This document shows positions 12,558 through 23,933 of a stretch of DNA of 64,000 bases, piece by piece. The position numbers and the translations under genes were made by a program. This DNA comes from Psammoneis japonica (Eukaryota), in NCBI GenBank assembly GCA_008632985.1, contig QPGO01000030.1, forward strand, positions 310,001 through 374,000. The letters run 5' to 3'. Under the pieces are notes generated by a model. That model saw only the letters and a list, made by a program, of their open reading frames with translations, was not told where the DNA came from and searched no databases. The stretch's first letter is position 1. Each line of letters starts with the position of its first letter.

Positions 12558-13961
12558 ATGTCTTACATTGGCATTTCAGACGCGTTTGACGGCGGAAACA
12601 TTGACTTTGTAGAGTACTCTGGAGAAGATGGCGTCACTAAGATTGTGCTTGCTATCAAGTCTGACCCGTAAGTGTCCTTATCTACTGCTGTTGAAATGTG
12701 AGATTGAATATTTAAATTAACTCTTGCGTTTAAGGTTCACTGAGCTAGAGCACAAGCATCACTTTCAGTACTTCGCATTTAGATCCACTGTGAGTGGCAT
12801 TCCTGCTGGTGCATCTGTTCTAGTGAATTATTTCATCGAGAATGCTGGAGACAGTAGTTATCCGGATGCTTGGAAAGATTATACGATATTTGCTTCTTCC
12901 AAACTCAATGATCCGGACTCTTGGGTACGAATCTTGGATACGAGCTATGCCGAAGGACAGCTAAGTTGGGTTCACAAACACGCAGTAAACGGAAGTGTTT
13001 ACTTTGCCTATTTCCCGCCTTATTCATACGAGCGGCATCTCTCTCTCATTTCTCTCTGCGAGGAAACGCCTGCTGCGAAGGTTCAGTCTATTGGACAAAC
13101 GCTTGACGGAAGAGAGCTAGAATGTGTTACGGTAGGAACGGGACCACGATGTGCTGGATCATCCATCGTCAGCATCCCGGAGAGTCCATGGCCGAATTCT
13201 TTGCCGAGGGACTTCTCAATCGGATCTTGGGATTGAAAACTAACGGCGTGACGGATGGCTTGGTTCACTCCATTTTGAAAATGTACACTTTTTATATTGT
13301 ACCAAACATGAACCCCGATGGTACTTCCGCCGGTTTTCTCCGTACAAACGCATGTGGCGCAAATTTGAACCGAGAATGGGCTCCGACGGGGAAAGCGTCT
13401 GATGTGGCCGAAGGAGAGAACGAGGAATTGTACGATGCTCCTTCTGTTGAACGTTCCCCTGAAGTTTTTCATGTCCTAGGAAAAATGGACGAAACTGGCG
13501 TTGATGTGTTTCTTGACGTTCATGGAGATGAATGCTTGCCTTTCAATTTCATTGCCGGTGCTGAGGGAAACCACAACTGGGGACCCCGCTTAGAAAGCCT
13601 TCATGGCGCCTTCTTGGCCGCCTATGTCAGAGCGAACCCAGACATGCAGAAAGAGGTTGGTTACGACCCGCCTGTTGACGGCGAAGCTCCCATGAGCACT
13701 GCGAAGCGCCAAGTGTCATCGATGTTTGATTGTTTGGCAATGACTCTAGAAATGCCATTCAAAGACTGCATGAGCAATCCTGACCCAGCCCGAGGTTGGA
13801 GCCCTGCGAGAGCAAGGATGTTGGGCGCTTCTGTTCTGGATCCATTGGCTTACGTCTTTCCCTATTTACGGGCAGAAGGCGAGTTTTGGAAGGACTTCCC
13901 CGAGCAAGACAAGTACGTCCGACCTTCAAGTCAGTATTTGCATTCATCAAGTAGCTTCTAG
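12558..13961 (+). CDS. M14 zinc carboxypeptidase, cytosolic/CCP-like (intron 12668-12734; frameshift near 13150)
   Basis: FDGGNI N-terminus, AYFPPYSY, RQHPGE, PNMNPDG, NLNREW, DVHGDE and TLEMPF motifs. Confidence 0.9.
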
Positions 13962-14133
13962 TTAGATTGGGTCTTTCTTATAGGCATTCAAAGTAGGGCC
14001 CTAGTGCAAGTCATCAAACCACCCGCCAGAAGCTCACTATTAACGTTACAGCTTATCTTTGTTTACAGAATCTGTAGAGCCAAGGTCAACAGCGGTATTC
14101 GCGATCGCTTCCAAAACCAAAAAAACCAACATG

Positions 14134-14951
14134 CTACGAGCTGGAAAGCTGTGAACTCTCCCATTGTTCGAAGTCGGCAATTAATTCTTCCAGCTGCTGT
14201 TCATCGTTTCGTTTAAGCCGCTCTATCTCAATTTCCTCTTCTAGAACTAGCGCTTCTATGGTCAAAAAGATAGAAGGGCAAGATTTTATTGAATGAGCAT
14301 ACACAACAACATATAGCCTTCAATAGCTCGACATTGTTTTGTTTGTCACTTACCCTCTCGCTTCAATTGGTTTTCGACTTCCTGCATAAGCTCATAGTAT
14401 TCATCCTCACTTATTGTATATTCTTCTCTAGGCGCACTTCCTTCTGACATGCCTGATCTCTCGGAGTCAACAGCTCGGGACAGAGTCTCGCAAATATCCA
14501 TGGGCGAAACCTGTGGAGGGACGCGAACCTTTTCCTCCTTCGTAGCTATTGCCATACCGGTTGACGAACCGTCAAGTTCATCAATGGGAGGAGGAGAATG
14601 TATAACTACGCCACTTTCCTTCAATTCTTCGTGTACCAATTGTCGAGCTGTTTCCAACGATTTCATGGCATCCTTAGTACTCGTTTGGCGTGCTCTTTCA
14701 ATCAGCTTACAACGTTTCCGTTTGGCTCTCTCAATACAACTCTGTCTAAGATCATTTTTCCACACCAGCGAAGGAGTCGACCGACAAACTCTTCTAGATC
14801 GGTGATGTGCTAATGCGGGGCCACGATGTTGAGGGGCAGAGGCAGAAAACCACCGGGGAACGGGCTGCTCATCATGGTTGGATGGAATGTGACAGTCAGT
14901 AGCTATCGGGCGATGCCGCGAACCCGGAGGCGTGATTGTGGTTCGCGCCAA
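14134..14951 (-). CDS. Protein with an RPA-interacting protein (RPAIN) N-terminal-like motif; 2 exons
   Basis: WKNDLRQSCIERAKRKR resembles RPA_interact_N. GTAAGT donor near 14352. Exon 2 EALVLEEEIEIERL... ends at TAG 14134. Confidence 0.5.
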
Positions 14952-15775
14952 AAAATTCCGGGCGGAGGACTACTAACCCCCGTTAAGATATGGATAGATA
15001 CCCTAAAGTACCAGTAGTTGCATAAGGTACCATTAGTAGTCAAAACCTTTGTTCACACAATCTAATGAACGTTGGTGATTCACAAAACTGAGGGGCATCT
15101 CAACCCCTTTGCTTCCCCTATTTCAATTGCGATTGCGATTGCGTCTCGCAGTTGGAAGGCATGCTGTGTCTAAAAATAGATTCCTTTGCTTCCTTTAGAG
15201 CCACTGCGTCATTGGAACCATTCAAAACTTCTCGGTCAATCCCGCCACAGTGCGACAACCTTCAAGCAAGTCAAATTGCCATCAAGGAGACCTTTTCTTG
15301 GGTGTGAATGCAACCACAAGGTTTTTCACTTCGGAATTTTCTTCCTCAAGCTCAGCCGGGAGAAACTGACAGCGCAAGATTGGTCAGAATTGATGTGTAA
15401 CTGTTTCCAAAGTAAGGCTCTAAGTGCAGTACAGTCTGAGAATCATCGCCGAGCACTGGAGAACTTTGCCAGTGCTCGCGGACCTACGAAACTTTAGATG
15501 TCGTAACCTTATGTTTCATTTCAGTGATAGTTGTTTTGTACAATATACAAGTGAGAACTAATGTCTTTCCCGGTTTCCATTGCCGCTCGCTCTTGGATTC
15601 TCTGCTTTCTTGGCTTATACGCAGTGCGCTTCTTGTTCTCTTTCTGGTCCTCCACATGAGACGCCTCTTCCTTTGTGGCGTTCCTCACCGGCGCATCCGC
15701 TTCGTCGTCAGTTTCGTTGAGATCAACAACTTCGGAGTGAGCTTTGGGGGCATCTTCGGGACCACTTACTGTAAC

Positions 15776-16126
15776 CTAGTCGTGCGAAGCTCGAGAAATC
15801 ATGCACTTTGGCGTAGGGTTGGACGACTCCGGGCCTAGGTGATGAAGCATCAACTCGACTGCCAACCGATTTAGCTCTTCCTCTTGGTTCCCTCTTCGTA
15901 ACATAGCGACACGTCGTCTCAAACGGTCATATTCCTCACCTTTAGTTGACGCAATACGCCCCGACTCCTCGAAGTACGCTACACATTCCTTTCCACTATG
16001 AAGGTTTCGCTTTACAACATAATTCACATTCAGGAACTCTTTGTGGGCTTGTCGCACAAATTCCTTGTCATCCAGATGCCGTTGAACCTTTGCTTCGTGC
16101 TTCGCCCAAATCGAATCCGTCGGCAT
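15776..16126 (-). CDS. Hypothetical protein, internal exon (gene probably extends on both sides)
   Basis: Protein-like charged ORF with splice-like signals nearby; no family recognised. Confidence 0.35.
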   Translation of the reverse strand: MPTDSIWAKHEAKVQRHLDDKEFVRQAHKEFLNVNYVVKRNLHSGKECVAYFEESGRIASTKGEEYDRLRRRVAMLRRGNQEEELNRLAVELMLHHLGPESSNPTPKCMISRASHD

Positions 16127-16581
16127 TGTCCAGTGTCTCTTATCGACTGCAATGTTAGACGGTTGTATGATGAGTGAAACAAGCTAATGATAGGGTTATA
16201 GATACAATATCACTATCATGATCATTTGCGAGACTGTGGCTTACCGAAACCCGCAAGCTTCTTGCAGAGATATGAGCGATTTCCCGGCGTTTCTACCCTC
16301 TAGACTACAAGCAACAACTGTGGTGTAAGAAAAGGACATGCCAAGCGGGGAGTGAGCCGAAGATGAAGCAAGCAACACTTACGATCGCTATCAGCTACAA
16401 CAACGGCAACCGACGACTATTTCGAAAAGCCGCGGCTTCGACTTTTCTATGGAGGAGTCGGTTGCTCGTCGGGCGTGAATTTCCAACGAACTTTCGTCAC
16501 GCACAGCAGTTAAAGATGGTGAAAGCAATCGGTATAGAGAAAAAAATTTGCTCTAAACTAATAGCAATACCGATCCAGCTT

Positions 16582-18223
16582 TCAACGGCGTTTTTCCTTT
16601 GCTTTACTGTAGGCTGCCTCGGCTTCCTTTCTTGACGGTACAAGGTTGCTCAACCTCCAAGCGGCCGTAAGCCATAGCAGGGATGCTCCGCTTGTGAGGA
16701 AAGACAATTGTTGCAAGCCAAAGTCACCAAAGAACGAGGTGAGAGCCCACAAACCGAGAGACATGGTCGATTTTCCGAATCGGTATCCAAACACGCCAAT
16801 CACCTCTTTTCCGACTGTATCGACATAAGAATAGAGTGAACGATTGAGATGATTTTCTTTAGCAGGTGTAACTCCACCAAAGATTTTTGTACTCACCGTA
16901 TCTTGATTCGAAATCGAGCGGCACATAAACCATCTCATCTAGCATTCGTCGAGCAGAGTACTCCAACGCTTTCATTGCTAGCAAAGATCCACTCACAATG
17001 TAGAGAGTTGGATCTGACTGAAGTGATTGAAAGGTTGTGCAACATATTATGATTAATGGTAGCACTCTCCAAAGTGTTCTTGGCTCAATTACCGTCATCA
17101 GAGGAGGCAGAACAGTGAATTGGAGAGTCATGCTAATGACATTGATCAACGCAAAGAACTTCCCCATCCATCCAGCTCTCTCGGTGTCATTCGGTATTGA
17201 TGAGCTAAGCTTGGTGACAAAGCACACGTTGAGTAACGTTGCCAGTCCCTGAGAAGCTAATATCTCCCTAAAGAGGGCCCCAAGCTGTGGTACACGTTGG
17301 AAGAGCTGTGACGCTTTCTTCACCATGCCTACCTCTTCCTCGGACAATACCCCCTTTGCCTTCTTTCCATTGGTATTCTTCTTCTTGGCGTGTTCATCAG
17401 CAGGGTTGAATCCGTGTCGTTCGGCGATGGAATAAGATGCATTTGCAGCCAATAGACTGAGCAATAGCATCACGCCTGTGCCAAAAAGAGAGCCTGGAAG
17501 TCCCACTTTGTCGACCAGCGTGGAAACGCACAAACCAGCCACGGCACTTGTGATGGACGTCAAGCCAGAGATTGGCGCGAACCATACAGCACTCTGAGAG
17601 GGAGTCAATACAGATGCAATAAAAGACCAGTATTGACTGGTAAGGAGTGCAACGTAGCTCTCCCGAAAGACGAATAAGGGTCCCACAATGTACTTGACAA
17701 GCGGTACAGAGAAAAGCGAGGCATCAGACCCCTCAAGCGATGCGATAACGAAAGCAGCCAAACACAAAACTGAGGCACACATTGCGGTTGTTCGTGTCAA
17801 TGCCCCACGAGGGCCGTATCGATCAAGAACTTTTCCGTATCCCATCAACAGTACAAGAGCAGTAGGAGAAACAAATGCCATGGCCAACGGGAACGCAGCC
17901 GGTGATCCGGCGTATCCTGTCTTTTCCGACGTGAAAAGTGCAAGCGTTGTGGGTCGGGCAAATGAGTATCCCAGATAATGCAACGCCATGGCGAGTGCCA
18001 TGTAGAGAACGGATCTTGCCTCGTTGGACATTCCAAATATTCCTTCACACTCGGGAGACTCGCCACCTGCAACTTGAAGCGCACTGTCGGTGGAAGTAAG
18101 CACTGCAGCTGCCATTGACGACGCAGCAACAGCCGCCGCACCGCCTCTCCCCACCTGAAGAACATTTTTCAAGGCGTACATGGATGGACCGTGTCCGGAA
18201 GACACCAGAGACGCAAACACCAT
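16582..18223 (-). CDS. MFS transporter of the TLC ATP/ADP (NTT-like) family (intron ~16815-16896)
   Basis: About 12 hydrophobic segments, SQYWSFIASV, and LEYSARRMLDEMVYVPLDFESRY|VGKEVIGVFGYRFGKS, the typical TLC C-terminal motif. Confidence 0.8.
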
Positions 18224-18509
18224 GGCTCCGTCTCACCTTCTGCTTTCTTGTGATGGGATGTGTGATGTTCAATGTGATGTGTGATGTTCAGTGTGATTTT
18301 GGATTTTTGATGGCCATTGTTTGATGTCGCATACGTCACCCGATCCTCATGCACGAAGATTTGCAATAAAAGATCCAAAATGGCGCGCGTTGTTCACGTG
18401 CGCTTCTTCACCAGTGCAAGTAAGTCTGCCGGATGCGGCATGTATGTACTCCGAAGTGCTGCAAGCTTCTCTGCTTCTGTACCTGCTACTTCTAGAGCCC
18501 TTGGGGCGC

Positions 18510-18843
18510 GTTTTCTGTTCAGTGTTCGATCGCTTCCTCATCCTTTGTGGCAAGAGATACTTCCTTTCTGGAACTGATGTTCTCCAGAACCATGCGAGAT
18601 TTTGGGTGATGTGACCAGCACAAACAGCCGGCCGCTGCTCGATCAGGTGTTCCCGTGATGAACATTTTCCTTTTTTTGTGGCCAAAAAGACACAATTTTG
18701 TGGTTGGCTTTCTTTTAACTGAAAATGGAAAAGCCATGTGGTGATTGTCAGCAGCCAGCACTGTCTCCACCAGCTTTCAGCTGCTGCTGTGCTCCACACA
18801 CAAAGCGGAGAGACAGCTGTGTGAGCACCAACAACAAAGATCC
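18510..18843 (+). repeat. Dispersed ~330 bp repeat, copy A (partly hypermutated)
   Basis: Aligns to 23212-23531. Shared core tcctttgtggcaagagatacttcctttctggaac; both give the minus-strand peptide VPERKYLLPQR. Confidence 0.85.
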
Positions 18844-20330
18844 TTGCATCTCACATCTGCTTCATTCTGTTGCCTGGCACTGGCAGGTGCATTCTTGAGT
18901 GACAAAGACATGGTGTGTCCAGTTCTTCAAATGTGTCAGAAGAGGGCCACAGTGTCTTGAGCAGATGCTGCCTGCATTCGGCATGATCTTGCAACAAAGC
19001 AAGCCAGGAAAAAAGCCACAAAGAACGCTGTGCTGGAAACAGTCAAGGCCAAACAAGCCAAGTTTGGGTCTGAACAAATGCCTTGCAGATTCATCCCAGG
19101 TCTGGCACTTGGATGCAACATCGTCAAGGCTCGTGACACATGCGCAACACACTTGAAAAAGAGAACAAGATTCTGGCACAACTGAGTGACTTTTGTGGGA
19201 AGCATCCAACCTGACATTGCCTCCACCTGCCTTGGCAACCCACCAGGTTCTTCAAAAAGGAGAGACAAAGAAGGAGGTCAACCCAGGGGACAACTGAGTC
19301 ACTTTCACTTTCGCCGGAAGCATCTGACCAGACATTGCCTCCACCTGCCATGATGACCCCATCAGCAACTTCAGAAAGGAGGAAGAAAGGAGGCAGACCC
19401 AAGCAAGGGGGAACCCAGCACCTCCATGGTTGTCAAGAAAATGCAAGCCAATGTTGCTGCCACCCACATGCTTGTGCATCTGCTCAAGAGCCAGTGTGGA
19501 CACAGCCATGAGAGACCAAGGTTGCAGGATGAAACAGTCAACTTCCCCATGGCACCATCAAAGAAACAATTGTGAAAGCAAAAGCAAAGTGTTCTCTTGG
19601 GGAGGACATCACCTTGTCAGCTTCTCTTGTCACAAAATGTGCAGGCCACAAAAACGCAAATCCGAGAGGTGTGCATTCTCCGATGGCTCTCCTCCTCCAA
19701 CGGATTTTGGTCACACATTTGATGGCACTGCAGTGCACCAAGTCACCATCACAGCAAAAAGAGCTCCTTGAGGCCACCAACTCAATGATCAAAGGATCAC
19801 CCACTTGAAAAAAAGGTTGTTGAGTGGAGATGCTGCAACTGCGGTTGGGGGGGGGGGGGGGGGGGGGCACCAGATGATGAAAACAATCTCACAGCAAGCA
19901 AAGAGCAAAGCTGGGGCCCAAGCCTCTTGCAAGAGCTTTGTGAAAAGGCACAAGGATGAGCCAGGAGCAACATTTCCAAAAGGGTTTGATGCCAACAGGC
20001 AGAAGTGGACAACTTGCTGCAACACTGAGTTCACATGCATGAAGAGAAGTCCATGCGAGCGGCCGCACACGACCTCCTGCAGACATGCAGAGGAGCCACA
20101 GCAGAAAAGCTTGACAAGCCCAAGTTCGGAGATGTCAAAAGAAAAGAGTTGCATCCAAAGCTGAGGTGCATGGCCTTGTGACCCAATGCAAGATGATGAG
20201 CGGCCATTGCTCCACTTGCGTGGACGAGACTGGAAACAATGCCAGCCAGAAAGACGGGGGTGCAACTCATCGAAACATCAAGTGTTTGTGGAGAAGAAGG
20301 GCTCTGCGCACTGCTGCCCATGAGACTGCG
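18600..20330. mobile_element. TpA-free, CpG-reduced repeat-derived island 1 (decayed element, family unknown)
   Basis: One TA in ~1.7 kb by manual scan. Internal ~55 bp duplication (~19176-19232 vs ~19290-19350) and a poly-G tract at ~19847-19867. Confidence 0.65.
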
Positions 20331-20625
20331 ATTACAACGGACGCTCGCTGGACGACAATGGGAGTCAAGAATTCGTTTTAGGAGAGCTTTTGCTGTGCGT
20401 GATTATCATGCAAGCGGGCAAGGAGGACTTCCACATCATGAGCGAGCGATGGCGATCGAGCGAGCATTCGATTTGGTGTCGTCTGTCGTCGGTCCCACAC
20501 TCCACCCACTCCACCGAAATAAATGATGCGATCTTGATTGCGATTTTGAAATTGCGATCGATTGATTGATTGTTGTCAAACTCGCGACGTGACACTGTCG
20601 ATTAATCCGGCAATGAACTGCAAGG

Positions 20626-22590
20626 ATGACGGAATCTCCTCCAAAGAAGATACCCAAACGCATCGTCGAACTGAACGTTGGCGGCCAAGTGTTTACAACG
20701 TCTCGAGAGACTCTCCTGCACAGTTCGAGTTCGTATTTTCGCCGCATCTTGGAAGCTAATGATGAAGAGGGCCCGTCACTACCCGGCGCCATGTGTGACA
20801 AAGAGGGTCGTCTGTTTATCGACCGCGATCCCAAGCTCTTTGAATTGGTCATGGAGTACCTCCGCACATCCCACTTTCATCCGGAAGGTCTCTTGGATCG
20901 TGAAAGGAAGAATCTTTTTCACGAAGCACAATATTATGATCTCGAAGGTTTGGTGGAAATCCTGCGTCCGCCCGGTACGGGGTACGATCCGCGATTTCTC
21001 TCCGACGAGGATCAAAAGATCCGCCATGAGGCCGAACGTGCGCGGGAAGGTCTGCTTATTGGTGATGGTGGAGGCGTGAAAGCTGCGGACGGCCTTTTGA
21101 TTGACTTGTTTCCTCCCGAGAAGGAACCTGTCATTACGGACCTCATTCAAGCGCCTCCTACGTCACCAGATTCGGCATTTTTGTTCGACAAGCACGTGGA
21201 AACGGCACGAGAACTCGTGACATTTATTCCGCCGGAGAATCCACAAGAGTTCAAGCGCCGTCTCGAGAATTTTGGAGGTCCTCTGCTCAAGAACTTTCCC
21301 ATGGAGAATATTGTGATTGCGGGAGGTGCTGTGCTCAAATGTTTGCTCAGCGATCCACCAAGCAACGAAGGCATAATAGCGAAAAGCAGTCGGGCCGACA
21401 TTGATATTTTCCTCGTCGCGAATTCTCCGGAGAAGGGCCGAGAAGTCTTTGACAGGATCGTACAGCACCTCTCGTCCTCGTTTCGGAGAAGAGAGACGAT
21501 TGAACACAATCAGTTACTTGTCGTCCGATCACCCTTTGCAATTACCTTTTGCGTCGGGTATCCGCAGCGACATATTCAGTTGATCCTGACACGTTTCCAG
21601 TGTGTCGCTGACGTCATTCTAAATTTTGACATTGACTGCTGCCAAGTTGCGTGGGATGGTGACCGTGTCGTAGCCACGCCGTCTGCATTGCGAGCATTGA
21701 AGACCGGTATCAATATTGCCGATCCGGAACGTTCGACGTCTGGGGAATACGAGCATCGGTTGGCCAAGTATGCCGACAAAGGATTCTTGGTAGCAGTTCC
21801 TGGCCTGGAAGTTGCCAAAGTCAACGACGATTTAATTCGTAATTGCTGCTACGGCTACCGTGATGGTGACATGAAGAAGGTCAACCTTACGTTTATTGAA
21901 GGAAAGGATAATCCCACTTTCGCGGTTGAACCGGAACCAATTCGAGGACTTTCCAAGTTGATTGCTCTCTCCACTTGTTTTCGGTTTTCCTTTCAGAAAA
22001 ACCCCAATGTTGATGATCATGATATGATGAGAGAGCCGCCCCGAAATATGCAGGATGGAGAAATAAGATGGAAAGGTAATTTGAGAGATGGATCGATTGG
22101 TACTGGCAACTACCTTTTGCATTTGTCAAAAATGCAACCTGTGGATGGAGAGAAGCAGCCGGGGGTTTGGAAGAAGCAGACACCTCCATTTCCTCCGCCA
22201 GCTTTTTTGTTGGCCTTCGATTACTCATTTGCGAGATATGTTGATACGGTGGGAAACGAAATTCTACCTTGGCAGAAAGCACCAGCAGAGATGTTTCAAT
22301 TGCTGAATAAAGGAGAAAGTACGGGTATGAATAATTGGGGTACCGGCGCAGTCACTGATGATACCGACCAAAAACGGCTTGTTTGTTACGACTATCTGCC
22401 AAATGTTCGTCAGTCGACAGATTGTCCGAATGTTCTAGACGCCAAGAATCAATTCACCACCTATCCGTTTCTCACCAGACCTGGGCGACTCTCCCGGTTT
22501 CTCGAGTTTCCAACTTCGACGGACCGGGAATCTCACCCCTGGACTCCCTTCAATCAGGAAACATGGACGAGTGGTGTCTACAAGTCGTAA
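20626..22590 (+). CDS. Intronless BTB/POZ (KCTD-type T1) domain fused to a Pol-beta-superfamily nucleotidyltransferase-like domain
   Basis: IVELNVGGQVFTTSRETL...FIDRDPKLFELVMEYLR (KCTD BTB). IAGGAV...ADIDIF...IQLI...FDIDCC...RLAKYADKGF (NTase-like). Confidence 0.8.
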   Translation: MTESPPKKIPKRIVELNVGGQVFTTSRETLLHSSSSYFRRILEANDEEGPSLPGAMCDKEGRLFIDRDPKLFELVMEYLRTSHFHPEGLLDRERKNLFHEAQYYDLEGLVEILRPPGTGYDPRFLSDEDQKIRHEAERAREGLLIGDGGGVKAADGLLIDLFPPEKEPVITDLIQAPPTSPDSAFLFDKHVETARELVTFIPPENPQEFKRRLENFGGPLLKNFPMENIVIAGGAVLKCLLSDPPSNEGIIAKSSRADIDIFLVANSPEKGREVFDRIVQHLSSSFRRRETIEHNQLLVVRSPFAITFCVGYPQRHIQLILTRFQCVADVILNFDIDCCQVAWDGDRVVATPSALRALKTGINIADPERSTSGEYEHRLAKYADKGFLVAVPGLEVAKVNDDLIRNCCYGYRDGDMKKVNLTFIEGKDNPTFAVEPEPIRGLSKLIALSTCFRFSFQKNPNVDDHDMMREPPRNMQDGEIRWKGNLRDGSIGTGNYLLHLSKMQPVDGEKQPGVWKKQTPPFPPPAFLLAFDYSFARYVDTVGNEILPWQKAPAEMFQLLNKGESTGMNNWGTGAVTDDTDQKRLVCYDYLPNVRQSTDCPNVLDAKNQFTTYPFLTRPGRLSRFLEFPTSTDRESHPWTPFNQETWTSGVYKS

Positions 22591-23211
22591 GGAGTAGACG
22601 ACTCAGTACGAATAGCAATTAATTCATGTTTATGCGTAACAGCAAGCATGCTACAGGACTGAGCGTCTTGCGCGACAACCAGTAACGACTGCTAAAACGG
22701 ACACGGATCATCGTCTGTTTTGGAGTGGCACGATCGCGGAGAAGCGAAACTTGGTACTCATGACGCCGATGCTGCGTTCGAGGTCGGTATCCCCGTGCTG
22801 GCTGGTCTTCTTCAATAGCCGACGAGGATCCAAAGGAGGCATTGACGAGAAATTACTGCCCAATACGAGCTCTACTTTTGTGGCGCCAGACAAGGATGTG
22901 ACTGCGACGCTCCTGTTGTTGAGGCAATGAAACCGACACCACAAACCTCACTCGGGCAAGCAGCAAACGTGTTTTGGGTCATCAAAGAAGGCAAACAACA
23001 TGGCTGTAAGTTGCTTGGCTCTCGGTGTACTTCCTTGTTGCAACGATGTCACCGTGCTTTGAGCATGTCCCCGATGTATGACGTGAGGAGCAAAAAGTGA
23101 ACGAAGGACCTTGATTCGCAGCATTTCAGCCACTGTTCGCATCCCCCTGACTGACGATGCCGCACTCTCCAGTTATTGCGCACCAAGTTACACCTTGAGA
23201 TTCGCCACGTT

Positions 23212-23531
23212 ATTATTTGTTCAGTTTTCGGTCGCTTCTTCGTCCTTTGTGGCAAGAGATACTTCCTTTCTGGAACCAATGTTCTCTTCTAGGAGCAAGC
23301 GAGAGTTTGCGTGATATGGTGATCGCGCAATGTGGTGGTCACGCCATGAACATTCTCCTTTTTGTGGCGCAAAGATCTACTCTACCTACTAGTACTTGTA
23401 ATCGCTTTTCTTTTAACAGAGTGAAAAACATCATTTAGTGACTGCCCGTAGTTAGCACTGCCTACAGCTTTAACCACTACATTTCAAATCCAGCAGAGAG
23501 ACGATTACGATTAGAAGCACCAACAAAGATC
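23212..23531 (+). repeat. Dispersed ~320 bp repeat, copy B (retains TA and CG)
   Basis: Same orientation as and homologous to 18510-18843. Confidence 0.85.
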
Positions 23532-23933
23532 TAAGTGTTAAGCCGGACAAGTACTGTAGAGGGTACCAATCGTTTCATGCGAGAAAGATAAAGCCACGTT
23601 GGTTTATGGTGAAGCGTTTATGATCTCTATCGTCCCAGGAGTCGTGGCCTGATGCACAACGTCCGGCAATCACAGTGGGAAGAGGGCACACGGACACCAT
23701 CTTGGTAATCAGCATTTGGCTTTGTAAATTGTCGACAAGCACACAAAGGCAGCCATGGGGAGAACAAGTGAAGGCCACGCGAAATATTCTCGACTGGACG
23801 GTGGCTCGTTCGCCACCAGAAAGAAATAGCAACAACAGAAACACTGTCCTTCCTATCTAGTTCTACACCGTTTCGTCGTCAGATGGAATGATTCAAACAA
23901 GCTTCCATGAACAAAAAGAAAGGCACTTGAACT

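Noticed and set aside
7200..13160. Frameshifts in three genes (near 7210, 8368, 11310 and 13150) as programmed frameshifting or pseudogenisation
   Set aside because: These are isolated small indels, two in homopolymer or dinucleotide runs, in otherwise intact genes. Assembly error is the simplest explanation.
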